From positions 834 to 64,833 of the forward strand of contig JACZXW010000003.1 of the NCBI GenBank assembly GCA_022571415.1: 64,000 nt of DNA, read 5' to 3'. The notes beneath the pieces were generated by a model. It was given only the letters and a program-made list of their open reading frames with translations. It was not told where the DNA came from and did no database searches. How positions within the stretch are numbered: position 1 is the first letter of the stretch; every line of letters begins with the position of its first letter. The DNA is from Pseudomonadota bacterium. Lineage in GTDB: Bacteria > Pseudomonadota > Gammaproteobacteria > Pseudomonadales > Azotimanducaceae. This document shows, piece by piece, positions 1 to 9,073 of this stretch. A program made the translations under genes and the position numbers.

Positions 1-13
1 GGTAGTCCGTGAT

Positions 14-616
14 ATGGAACAGGAAGCCTGTTTTATATTGATGCTATGGGCGATATCGCTCATGGGCTACAAAGCGCTGCAATCACAGCGGGAAAGGAAA
101 ATCCTGCAGCTGGATCTTATTCCCCTGACCCAGGGTACCAGTATCCTGCCGGAGGACAGTCGGGAGTATTCGAGGCCTATCCAGGCTCTACCGGAGTCGC
201 AGCAGGGATTTCTGTTACCGAGATCCTTGTTAACAGCACTACATCGTTTCCGTTCTACCAGGAATATCCAGGACGTGTCCAACTCAATCCGGGCAATATG
301 CAACTCTGAATCGGAAAGACTGGATTCGGAACTGTCAATGATCCGCTATATCGCCTGGGCAATCCCTTCAATCGGGTTCCTTGGCACCGTCCGCGGAATA
401 GGGCAGGCGTTGGGACAGGCTCACAAAGCTGTTATGGGAGATATAGCTGGCGTAACACAAAGTCTCGGCATTGCTTTTAATTCTACATTTGTTGCTCTGC
501 TGATCAGCATTCTCGTGATGTTCCTTCTGCACCAGCTTCAGCTGACACAAGAAAGACTGGTTCTTGATGCCGAGGATTATTGTGACAACCGACTTATCCA
601 ACACCTACAAACATAG
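14..616 (+). CDS. MotA/TolQ/ExbB-family proton-channel protein (possibly 5'-truncated by the window edge)
   Basis: 200-aa ORF with three predicted TM helices. The C-terminal half carries the family signature (IPSIGFLGTVRGIGQAL ... GIAFNSTFVALLISILV). The frame stays open back to nt 2, so the true start may lie upstream of the window. Confidence 0.8.
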   Translation: MEQEACFILMLWAISLMGYKALQSQRERKILQLDLIPLTQGTSILPEDSREYSRPIQALPESQQGFLLPRSLLTALHRFRSTRNIQDVSNSIRAICNSESERLDSELSMIRYIAWAIPSIGFLGTVRGIGQALGQAHKAVMGDIAGVTQSLGIAFNSTFVALLISILVMFLLHQLQLTQERLVLDAEDYCDNRLIQHLQT

Positions 617-627
617 CGAGACGTCAC

Positions 628-1938
628 TTGGCTCTTGGAATTATTGAGATTAACGACGCCGGCATACAGGTCGCCATAGAAAATGAAATCGTGACTACCA
701 GCCCGGGATTTGCCGTGTTGGATGGTGATCACCTGATGGTGGGTGAAGAAGCATTACAGAATGCCAGGCTACTACCACGCTGGACCAACAACCGATTCTG
801 GAATCAGCTCAACACAGATCCCATTGCTAACAGCACAGACAATGTTCGCCATCATGCTGATCTTGCATTCGCACATCTGGATTCCCTGTGGCAACCCATA
901 AGAGAGCAGGTTGACAGCGTCATTTTGCTGGTGCCGGCCTATTTTGAGCATTCTCAACTGGGACTCTTGTTAGGCATCGCCGGAGAAATTGAGATACCCG
1001 TTGTTGGCGTTGCTGACGTTTCGCTTATGGCAGCCTGCGATCTGCCGGTTAGATCGACTTGCCTGCATCTGGACGTGCACCTGCACAGAACAACACTCAC
1101 TAATCTGTCGAGCGGTAATACCCTGAACAGGACAAGGACCGCTACTATTACGGAAACTGGAATCTTCAAATTGTGGGATCGTTGGGCCAACATCATCGCC
1201 CACCAGTTCATCCAGAGTTCCCGATTTGACCCGATGCACCAGGCCCGCAGCGAACAGGCACTATTCAACCAGCTGCCTGCCTGGATAGAACAGCTCGGAA
1301 CTTCGCGGGGAAATCAGTTCGAACTGGATCTTGGGGACATCAATCACTCGGTATCAGTCTCCCGCGATCAACTCTTGACTGCTTGCGCCCAAATTTATCC
1401 GCTACTTGTGCAGTTCATACGCGCCCAGGCGACAACTGACGAGGTTTCGACCCTACTCCTGTCCCATCGATTTGCAGGATTCCCCGGATTGAAAGATTCT
1501 CTGGGGCTCATCAGTAATGTCGAGCTGGTAGAACTTGAAGCAGCGCAATCGATTATCAGCGCCTATGCACATGCTGACAGGATTATTTCGGGTGACGGTG
1601 CCATCAACCATATTACCCAGCTACCCATCAGCAACCGGACAAACAGTACCAATCTGTCCCAGGACAAGGCGCGGGTTACACATATGCTGATGGGTCATCA
1701 TGCCGTCGCCATCGGCAAATCTTTTCAGTTGTCCCGCAATTTTAACGAGGGCATACGAAAGGATCCCGAAAATCCCATCTGTACGCTCTATCCACGTGGT
1801 GATGACCTGTACGTGGATGTTCACACTGCTGCAGCCCTGAAGGTCAATGGAGAACCCGCAAGTGGGCAAATCCCTTTGAAACCCGGTGACATTCTTAACG
1901 TCGGCGAGTATGTCATCACCCTCATTTCGGCCTCCTAG
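628..1938 (+). CDS. Hsp70/actin-fold (ASKHA) NBD-like protein with C-terminal FHA-like domain
   Basis: 436-aa ORF with a TTG start 11 nt after the upstream stop. It has a DnaK-like segment VILLVPAYFEHSQLGLLLGIAGEIEIPVVGVADVSLMAA (compare DnaK VPAYFND..AG.IAGL..RIINEPTAAA). The last ~90 aa show an FHA-type pattern (AIGK ... KVNGEP ... LKPGDILNVGEYVITL). No signal peptide or TM helix. Confidence 0.55.
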   Translation: MALGIIEINDAGIQVAIENEIVTTSPGFAVLDGDHLMVGEEALQNARLLPRWTNNRFWNQLNTDPIANSTDNVRHHADLAFAHLDSLWQPIREQVDSVILLVPAYFEHSQLGLLLGIAGEIEIPVVGVADVSLMAACDLPVRSTCLHLDVHLHRTTLTNLSSGNTLNRTRTATITETGIFKLWDRWANIIAHQFIQSSRFDPMHQARSEQALFNQLPAWIEQLGTSRGNQFELDLGDINHSVSVSRDQLLTACAQIYPLLVQFIRAQATTDEVSTLLLSHRFAGFPGLKDSLGLISNVELVELEAAQSIISAYAHADRIISGDGAINHITQLPISNRTNSTNLSQDKARVTHMLMGHHAVAIGKSFQLSRNFNEGIRKDPENPICTLYPRGDDLYVDVHTAAALKVNGEPASGQIPLKPGDILNVGEYVITLISAS

Positions 1939-1948
1939 TTAACCTGCC

Positions 1949-3043
1949 ATGGTAAAGCGCCGCGAATTCAACGTCTTTACCCTTTCCTTTCTGGACGTCA
2001 TGTTTTGCGGATTCGGCTCTGTCATCCTGATCTTCATCATCATCAACCATTCAACAGAAACTACCTCCCAGGAAATAAACGCGAAGCTCCTCGCGGAAGT
2101 AAAAAAAATAGAACTACAGGTGGAGAACGAAACACTCAACCTAGTGGAGCTCCGAAATACGCTTGAAGAAGCCGAAGATGAAATCATTACCACAGAGGCT
2201 TTGGTGCTTGAAATTATCCTGGCGATTAAGGAACTGCAGGCGAAGATTCAGGAGCTGGCGGACTCAGGGGCGAGCCAAAAGGATAATATCGAAGCATTGA
2301 AATCCGAGCTTAAATTACTCGAGGAAGAAGCAGCAAGTCTGGAGGGGAGTGTCGCCGGTGCAGAATCCAGCGGGTCAAGCCTGCGCAGCATCGTTGGGCA
2401 AGGAGACCGGCAGTACCTCACTGGCCTTAAAATCGGCGGCCAGCACATACTGATTCTTCTCGATGCCTCCGCCAGCATGCTGGATAAGACGATTGTAAAC
2501 GTCATTATAAGACGCAACTTACCAGACGAAATTAAACTTCAATCAGAGAAATGGCAGCGTGCAATCCGAACCGTTGAATGGATCACCGCCAACATGCCAA
2601 GCGACGCCAACTTCCAGTTGTTTACTTTCAACACAGAGACAAAACCAGTGATTAAAGACACAGAAAATGAATGGCTGCGGGTGATCGAGAAAGCGGACAC
2701 TGATGAGGCACTGGCTAACCTGAAAAAAATAATCCCGTCCGGCGGCACCTCGTTGCATCATCCTTTTGCCGTCGCGAGAAACATGGAACCTCAACCGGAC
2801 AATATCTTCCTGATCATCGATAGCTTGCCAACCCAGGGATTTGAAAAACCAAAGAGAAGCGCCATCGAAAGCCGGGACCGTGTGGCTTTATTCAGTAGCG
2901 CCCTGGAGGAATTACCGGACGCGAGCCCGATCAACATCATCCTGTTTCCCATGGAGGGAGATCCGATTGCTGCACCATCTTACTGGCGCCTCGCACAAAT
3001 AACTGGCGGGTCATTCCTGGCACCACCGGATGATTGGCCCTGA
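1949..3043 (+). CDS. membrane-anchored coiled-coil vWA-domain protein with ExbD/TolR-like N-terminal TM segment
   Basis: 364 aa. A basic N-terminus is followed by the TM segment LSFLDVMFCGFGSVILIFIII and a ~130-aa E/L/K-rich heptad-like segment. The vWA domain has MIDAS DASAS (ILILLDASASM) plus SGGTS and LIIDSLP motifs. Confidence 0.75.
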   Translation: MVKRREFNVFTLSFLDVMFCGFGSVILIFIIINHSTETTSQEINAKLLAEVKKIELQVENETLNLVELRNTLEEAEDEIITTEALVLEIILAIKELQAKIQELADSGASQKDNIEALKSELKLLEEEAASLEGSVAGAESSGSSLRSIVGQGDRQYLTGLKIGGQHILILLDASASMLDKTIVNVIIRRNLPDEIKLQSEKWQRAIRTVEWITANMPSDANFQLFTFNTETKPVIKDTENEWLRVIEKADTDEALANLKKIIPSGGTSLHHPFAVARNMEPQPDNIFLIIDSLPTQGFEKPKRSAIESRDRVALFSSALEELPDASPINIILFPMEGDPIAAPSYWRLAQITGGSFLAPPDDWP

Positions 3044-4047
3044 TGCGTACTCGTCGACGGAATATAGAAGGAGCCAGCCTCTCATTTCTTGATGTTATAA
3101 GCTGTGGTTTTGGCGCCTTAATATTGATGTTAGTACTAACCAAGGTATTTGAACCAATCATTCTCGAAGACACCATTGAGAACCTGCAAGGTTACCTGGC
3201 CGCATTACAGCTGGATCTACTCGAAATTCGTGGAGACACCAAAGCATTGAACCGGGAAATGGTGAGGAAGGAAGACAAGCAGGAGGAGGAGCGCAAGGAA
3301 CTCTCCCGCCTGAAGGCAGACCTTTCCGCGCTGAAATCAAAGTTCGATGCCACCATTGACAAGAGCAAAGTTGACAATATTATCGAGGGCAGGCTGGCAA
3401 CGGCCAAGCAATCACTTACCGCCGAAATGGAAGCGCTGCTAGTCGACTACAAGAAAAGTCTGGACGACAACAAGATCGGCGGCATTCCAGTCGATAGTGA
3501 ATATATCATTTTTATCATCGACACCTCAGGCAGCATGTACAACTATGCGTGGCCTTTGGTGCTGCAAAAAGTATCTGAAACCCTGGACGTCTACCCTAAA
3601 TTGAAAGGCATCCAGGTCATGAATGATATGGGTAACTATATGTTCTCCCAGTACACCAACGACTGGATTCCGGACACGGCCGCCCGGCGGCGAGCGATTA
3701 TTGAAAGATTGCGAACCTGGAACGTATTCAGTAACTCCAGCCCCGTGGAGGGGATTACAAAAGCAATATCTACATTCTATAAACCTGGAAGAAAAATAAG
3801 CCTGTACGTATTCGGTGATGAATTCAGTGGTCGCTCAATCCAGCAGGTTGTCGATAAGATCGATAGAATCAACCGCGAAGATAAAGACGGTAACAGGATG
3901 GTCAGGATTCACGCCATCGGTTTCCCCGTACAATTCGCCAACCCTCCCCGGTACCAGGATACAGGCATTAAGTTCGCTATCCTGATGCGGACCCTGTGCG
4001 AGAGGAATGGCGGCACGTTTATTGGCCTGAATGATTTTCGATACTAG
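3043..4047 (+). CDS. second membrane-anchored coiled-coil vWA-domain protein (paralog of 1949..3043)
   Basis: The ATG at 3043 overlaps the upstream TGA (TGATG); the ORF track starts at the TTG at 3034. TM segment LSFLDVISCGFGALILMLVL, then a coiled-coil-like stretch. The vWA MIDAS is DTSGS (IIFIIDTSGSM), with LYVFGDEFSG later. Confidence 0.75.
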   Translation: MRTRRRNIEGASLSFLDVISCGFGALILMLVLTKVFEPIILEDTIENLQGYLAALQLDLLEIRGDTKALNREMVRKEDKQEEERKELSRLKADLSALKSKFDATIDKSKVDNIIEGRLATAKQSLTAEMEALLVDYKKSLDDNKIGGIPVDSEYIIFIIDTSGSMYNYAWPLVLQKVSETLDVYPKLKGIQVMNDMGNYMFSQYTNDWIPDTAARRRAIIERLRTWNVFSNSSPVEGITKAISTFYKPGRKISLYVFGDEFSGRSIQQVVDKIDRINREDKDGNRMVRIHAIGFPVQFANPPRYQDTGIKFAILMRTLCERNGGTFIGLNDFRY

Positions 4048-4158
4048 TGAGCTCTGTCACCGCTAATGTCCGGCTACAGAACTTGTACTTAATCAGAAGA
4101 TGGTTCATATTCATCTCGAAAAACTTACAGATAATTAAATCGTTGGATCTATTTTACA

Positions 4159-4779
4159 ATGACTATCAGTGACTACGAAATACAACCATTATTTGCTGAA
4201 CCCTACTTTAGGGCGGACATCGGTCATGCCATCACTGACGCGCAAATAAAGTATATTAAAAATCTAACCATGGTAAAAAACAGGGATAATCTGATCTCTG
4301 AAAATCTCTATATATTCAGAGAGCCGGAACTGCAGAGTATTACGGAAGCAGTGCAAGAAGCATTAGATCTTTTTACACGTGAAGTAATGGGTATTAAACA
4401 AAAACTCTACGTTACACAATCATGGTCTTTGACTAACAACCCCACGGTTAGTATGCATGGTCACTCTCATTCTAATTCCATTATATCCGGTTCTTTATAT
4501 TATTGTGATATGCCTTCTCCAGTGGCAAATATGATTTTTGACAGACATAAAACATACCAACAGCTAGAAATAAGACCGGAAGGAGATAAACAGAATATAT
4601 ATAACACGCCACTAAATATCCTTACTCCTAAAAAAAATGCGCTGTTTCTGTTTTCGTCCGGTATTCAACACTTTGTTGAAGCAAATTCCTCCAATCAACC
4701 AAGACACTCAATAGCATTTAATACTTTCATTAAAGGTAAATTGGGTAGTTATAGAGATGTGTCAGAGCTATCGTTGTGA
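4159..4779 (+). CDS. TIGR02466-like putative 2OG-Fe(II) oxygenase family protein (AT-rich gene)
   Basis: 206 aa. The motif SMHGHSHSNSIISGSLYY resembles the HxH...SG.YY pattern I associate with the TIGR02466/2OG-FeII_Oxy_5 family. Two 60-nt lines that I counted gave 35-38% GC. Confidence 0.5.
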   Translation: MTISDYEIQPLFAEPYFRADIGHAITDAQIKYIKNLTMVKNRDNLISENLYIFREPELQSITEAVQEALDLFTREVMGIKQKLYVTQSWSLTNNPTVSMHGHSHSNSIISGSLYYCDMPSPVANMIFDRHKTYQQLEIRPEGDKQNIYNTPLNILTPKKNALFLFSSGIQHFVEANSSNQPRHSIAFNTFIKGKLGSYRDVSELSL

Positions 4780-4860
4780 TTGCGTGAAATACAGACTTCT
4801 GCAACCCTTCACGAAAAGTTTCGAAATTCTCATGTAAATTGCAGCAATTAATCGTTCTTA

Positions 4861-4882
4861 CGCAATCTTATTGCGATTTTTT
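4861..4882 (+). terminator. putative rho-independent terminator
   Basis: CGCAAT-CTT-ATTGCG hairpin (6-bp stem) followed by ATTTTTT, downstream of the 4159..4779 gene. Confidence 0.45.
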
Positions 4883-4992
4883 CGAATGAAGTGACAGCCA
4901 TTGCCTCACAATCACAGCAGATCATCACCCACGCAATTTCGCGAGTACAGCCGTACACCCGGACCAGGCCCGCCGGGCTATAATTGCAAACC

Positions 4993-6795
4993 ATGATCAA
5001 CGCCATCGACATTCTGCAAAATACGTTCGGCTACGATCAATTCCGGCCACCACAAGAAGACATTATCGCAACCTTGATTGATGGCGGTGATGCGCTCGTT
5101 TTGATGCCCACTGGCGGCGGAAAATCTCTCTGTTACCAGATTCCCGCGATTGTCCGGAAAGGTTGCGGTATCGTTATATCGCCTTTGATTGCTTTGATGC
5201 AGGATCAGGTCGACTCCCTGCAAGAGCTTGGCATACGCGCCAGTTTTCTGAATTCTACGCTAGATCGACAGGACGAGATCCAGATAGAAAAATCCTTGCT
5301 TGAAGGACAACTGGACCTCTTGTATATCGCCCCGGAACGATTGATACAACCACGCACACTGTCCCTACTCAAACAATCCAGCATCAGCCTGTTTGCCATT
5401 GACGAGGCACATTGTGTCTCTCAATGGGGGCACGATTTTCGCACGGATTACCTCGAACTAAACCTATTGCATGAGGAATTCCCCGGTGTGCCACGCATCG
5501 CGCTTACGGCAACAGCTGACAAGAGAACCCGGGAAGAAATTATTTCCCGACTTGAATTGCGACAGGCCAGCCAGTATTTCGCCGGGTTCGATCGCCCCAA
5601 TATCCGCTACACCATCGCGATCAAGCACAATCCTCGAAACCAGCTTCTGCGTTTTCTAAAGAATGAGCACTTGAACGACGCCGGCATCATCTATTGCCTG
5701 TCACGCAAGAAAACCGAGGAAACTGCCACCTGGTTAAGCAAACAAGGCTTCGAAGCACTGCCCTATCACGCCGGTCTGTCTCCCAAGATACGGACCGAGC
5801 ACCAGTCCCGTTTTCTGCGTGATGATGGCGTAATCATCGTCGCAACGATTGCCTTCGGCATGGGCATCGATAAGCCGGATGTACGCTTTGTCGCGCATAT
5901 GGATCTGCCCAAGACGATCGAATCCTATTACCAGGAAACGGGGCGAGCCGGCCGGGATGGATTGCCTGCAGATGCCTGGATGGTTTACGGGTTACAGGAT
6001 GTGATTAAACTCCGCCAGATGCTCGATAGCGCGGGTGGCAGCGAGGAACATAAACGTCTTGAGGCGCACCGCCTCAATGCCATGCTGGCTCTCTGTGAAA
6101 TCACCTCGTGTCGACGGCATGCACTGCTCATGCATTTCGATGAGCAATCAGCAGAACATTGCGGTAACTGCGATACGTGTCTGACACCAGTCGATACCTG
6201 GGACGGAACCGAAGCCGCCCAAAAAGCGCTTAGCGTGGTGTTTCGAACGGGACAACGTTTTGGTGTCAATCACCTGATTGATGTGCTGCGTGGAATCGAG
6301 ACTGACAAGATTTTTCAATTCGATCATCACCAGTTGCAGGTGTACGGAATAGGCACGGAGATCGACAAGAACCAGTGGCACTCTGTCTTTCGACAACTGA
6401 TGGCACGAGGTTATATCAGCGTCGAGCTTGATCGCTTTGGCGGAATCAGGCTGGAAGAGAAATGCCGCGCGCTGCTGCGGGGTGAAGAAACGATCGAGTT
6501 GCGTCGGGACATCAAACAAAAGGTCGTTAAAAAACTGACCGTGACACCATTGCCTGAAGATATCGACGTCGGTATCTGGGAAGCCTTGAGAGAATGTCGA
6601 CGCCAACTGGCTGAGGCCCAAGGCGTCCCGCCTTTCGTTATTTTCCATGACACGACCTTGCGCGAGATGGCCGGCTCAATGCCGAAAACCCTCGACGAGT
6701 TTGGGCTTTTATCCGGCGTTGGTGAAAGAAAACGCGAGAAGTACGGTCCGGTGTTCCTCGAAGTGATCGCCAGCACGAATTCCGGTCAACTGTAA
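4993..6795 (+). CDS. recQ: ATP-dependent DNA helicase RecQ
   Basis: FGYDQFRPPQ, PTGGGKSLCYQIPA (Walker A), DEAHCVSQWGHDFR (DEAH box), a Zn-binding Cys cluster (CGNCDTC) and a C-terminal HRDC-like region. The ATG is at 4993; an alternative TTG lies at 4984. Confidence 0.95.
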   Translation: MINAIDILQNTFGYDQFRPPQEDIIATLIDGGDALVLMPTGGGKSLCYQIPAIVRKGCGIVISPLIALMQDQVDSLQELGIRASFLNSTLDRQDEIQIEKSLLEGQLDLLYIAPERLIQPRTLSLLKQSSISLFAIDEAHCVSQWGHDFRTDYLELNLLHEEFPGVPRIALTATADKRTREEIISRLELRQASQYFAGFDRPNIRYTIAIKHNPRNQLLRFLKNEHLNDAGIIYCLSRKKTEETATWLSKQGFEALPYHAGLSPKIRTEHQSRFLRDDGVIIVATIAFGMGIDKPDVRFVAHMDLPKTIESYYQETGRAGRDGLPADAWMVYGLQDVIKLRQMLDSAGGSEEHKRLEAHRLNAMLALCEITSCRRHALLMHFDEQSAEHCGNCDTCLTPVDTWDGTEAAQKALSVVFRTGQRFGVNHLIDVLRGIETDKIFQFDHHQLQVYGIGTEIDKNQWHSVFRQLMARGYISVELDRFGGIRLEEKCRALLRGEETIELRRDIKQKVVKKLTVTPLPEDIDVGIWEALRECRRQLAEAQGVPPFVIFHDTTLREMAGSMPKTLDEFGLLSGVGERKREKYGPVFLEVIASTNSGQL

Positions 6796-6817
6796 TCGGC
6801 GGCTGAAAGTCATTTGC

Positions 6818-9073
6818 CTAGATCGTATATCCCTCTTCACTTAACGGCATCCGCCGCACCCTGTGCCCCGTTGCTGCGAATATCGCATTGCCAACAGCCG
6901 GCGCTAGGGGCGGCAAGGCCGGTTCGCCAATTCCCGTTGGGGCGTGGTCACTCTGGATAAAATGAATATCTACTTTAGGCGAACTCGGCATACGCAGTAT
7001 TTTGTAGTCGTGAAAATTCGATTGCTGAATTCTTCCATTCTCCATCGTGATTTTCTGCGCAGCCATGGTACTCAGCCCATCAATGACAGCGCCTTCCACC
7101 TGTGAAGTTGCACCGCTCATGTTGATGATTGGACCAATATCCACCGCCACGGTAACATTGTGCACGGTAAGTTTCTTGTTGGCATCGACACTCACCTCTG
7201 CCACTTCGGCAATATGGGCTGCATGACTGAAATGAAAAGCCAGACCGAGGCCATGACCCTGGGGCATTTTTCGACCCCAACCCGCCTTTTCTGCAACGAG
7301 CTTGATCACGTCAACTGCACGTCCTGTATTGAGTGACCGGATGTTTCCTTGCTCGAACCACCGGGGTTCACCCATAATCTCCAGCAGGAATTCCAGGTGA
7401 TCTCGCCCGGCAGCATGAGCAAGTTCGTGGATAAAGCTCTGGATGACAAAGGCGGTGGTGTTGGCACCCGGTGCGCGCCAGGGCCCGCAAGGTGTACCGA
7501 TCTCGAACATTGTTTTCGTCGCCCGAACATTGTTCACATTCAACATTGGAAATTCTGTCTTGCGAAATCGGGATCCGGAAACGGGTTTTCCGTTGTTGGT
7601 CATCCCTATAAAATGATCTTCGAAAGCAACAAGCTTGCCACTCGCGGACAGTGCGCCCTTCACAGACTGAAACCCGCCCACTCTGAAGAAGTCATGGCGA
7701 ATGTCATCTTCACGGGTCCAGGTGTGTTTAACAGGCGCACCGACCCGGCGCGACATCTCAATCGCCTCACACACATATTCAGTACTGACACGGCGTCCGA
7801 AACTGCCTCCAAGTCGCATCTGGTGGATCGTGACCTGTTCCTGTTCGAGGCCAAACATGGGTTTGGTGACACGATATGCACCCGCCGGGAACTGGGTAGG
7901 CATCCATAGTTCAAGGGTGTCCTTTTCGCCGTTCGTACCCGCCTTGTAATGGGCGCTGCAGTTCATGGGTTCCAGGCAAAAATGCGAGACAAAAGGATAT
8001 TCATAAAAAGCGGTGAGGGTCTGATTCTCAGTATTGGAAAACTCAGCGTCAACATCGCCTCTTTCATCGATCAGTTCATCGCCGCGTTTGTTTTCAAGCG
8101 CTTTTGCCCTGGCAACCAATCCAGTCCAGCTGTCTTTCGATGCGCCCGACTCATCCCACTCGACTTTCAGTTTTTTCTTGGCATTAAAAACTGCCCAGGT
8201 CGAACTGCCTACTATAGCAACCCCGTCTAACAATTCCCTCACGTTGCCATTACCCTCGACCAGAAACGCATCTTTGACACCAGGCAGTTTTTTTATTTCA
8301 TCAATATTTGCGCTGACGACTTCGCCGCCAATCGCCGGGCACTTGTGGTAAGCACCGTAAAGCATATCCGGTACACGTGTATCGATACCAAACAGAGCGA
8401 GGCCTGTAACAATCTCCAGGTTATCTACACCAGAAATAGAGGTACCGATAATGGTGTAGTCTTCGCGATCCTTAAACACCAGCGTGCTCGGATCAGGCAC
8501 CGGTTGCTTCACAGCAAGCGCCGCCAACTGACCAAAGGTCAAGGAGCGACCAGATGCATGCGAAACGGCGCTTTCATGCGCCTTGAGCTCATCCTTTGGC
8601 AGTTCCATCGCCGTCGATGCGGCACCGATGAACATCTCACGAGCAGAAGCCCCCATCTGTCGCATCAGGTCAAAACTTCGTGGAATGGTCGTTGAACCAC
8701 CGGCACCTTGTCGTCCAAAACGTTCATCAACTGGTGACTGCAAGACCCGTACATCTTCCCATTTCGCTCCCATCTCCTCTGCAATAATCATCGGCAGGGC
8801 CGTTTTGATCCCCTGACCCATTTCCGGATTTGATGAGTAGATCGTAATTTCACCTTCCGATGACACCTTGATAAAAGTATTCAATTCGACCGAGCCAACC
8901 AGACTTCCCAGATCTTCTGCAGCGACGTGTCTCATGGGCAGGAGTGATGCCAGTACGAACCCTCCTCCGGCAACGCCACTCAATTTCAGAAAGGCGCGGC
9001 GATTAAGATTCGGCCGGAAAGCAGCACGATATACTGCTTTGGTAACGGCAGACACAAGATCATTGTCATTCAT
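6818..9073 (-). CDS. molybdopterin-binding subunit of an aldehyde oxidase/xanthine dehydrogenase-family oxidoreductase (IorB-like), Tat-exported
   Basis: 751 aa. Twin-arginine signal [21 protein letters not shown]. The length and sequence are typical of isoquinoline 1-oxidoreductase beta-type subunits. It overlaps the upstream 2Fe-2S subunit gene by 4 nt. Confidence 0.85.
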   Translation of the reverse strand: MNDNDLVSAVTKAVYRAAFRPNLNRRAFLKLSGVAGGGFVLASLLPMRHVAAEDLGSLVGSVELNTFIKVSSEGEITIYSSNPEMGQGIKTALPMIIAEEMGAKWEDVRVLQSPVDERFGRQGAGGSTTIPRSFDLMRQMGASAREMFIGAASTAMELPKDELKAHESAVSHASGRSLTFGQLAALAVKQPVPDPSTLVFKDREDYTIIGTSISGVDNLEIVTGLALFGIDTRVPDMLYGAYHKCPAIGGEVVSANIDEIKKLPGVKDAFLVEGNGNVRELLDGVAIVGSSTWAVFNAKKKLKVEWDESGASKDSWTGLVARAKALENKRGDELIDERGDVDAEFSNTENQTLTAFYEYPFVSHFCLEPMNCSAHYKAGTNGEKDTLELWMPTQFPAGAYRVTKPMFGLEQEQVTIHQMRLGGSFGRRVSTEYVCEAIEMSRRVGAPVKHTWTREDDIRHDFFRVGGFQSVKGALSASGKLVAFEDHFIGMTNNGKPVSGSRFRKTEFPMLNVNNVRATKTMFEIGTPCGPWRAPGANTTAFVIQSFIHELAHAAGRDHLEFLLEIMGEPRWFEQGNIRSLNTGRAVDVIKLVAEKAGWGRKMPQGHGLGLAFHFSHAAHIAEVAEVSVDANKKLTVHNVTVAVDIGPIINMSGATSQVEGAVIDGLSTMAAQKITMENGRIQQSNFHDYKILRMPSSPKVDIHFIQSDHAPTGIGEPALPPLAPAVGNAIFAATGHRVRRMPLSEEGYTI

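Noticed and set aside
4979-4984. A TATAAT hexamer lies immediately before recQ and could be its -10 box.
   Set aside because: It overlaps the candidate TTG start and lies only ~9 nt before the ATG at 4993. I found no convincing -35 at the right spacing. A single hexamer match is expected by chance in AT-richer intergenic DNA.
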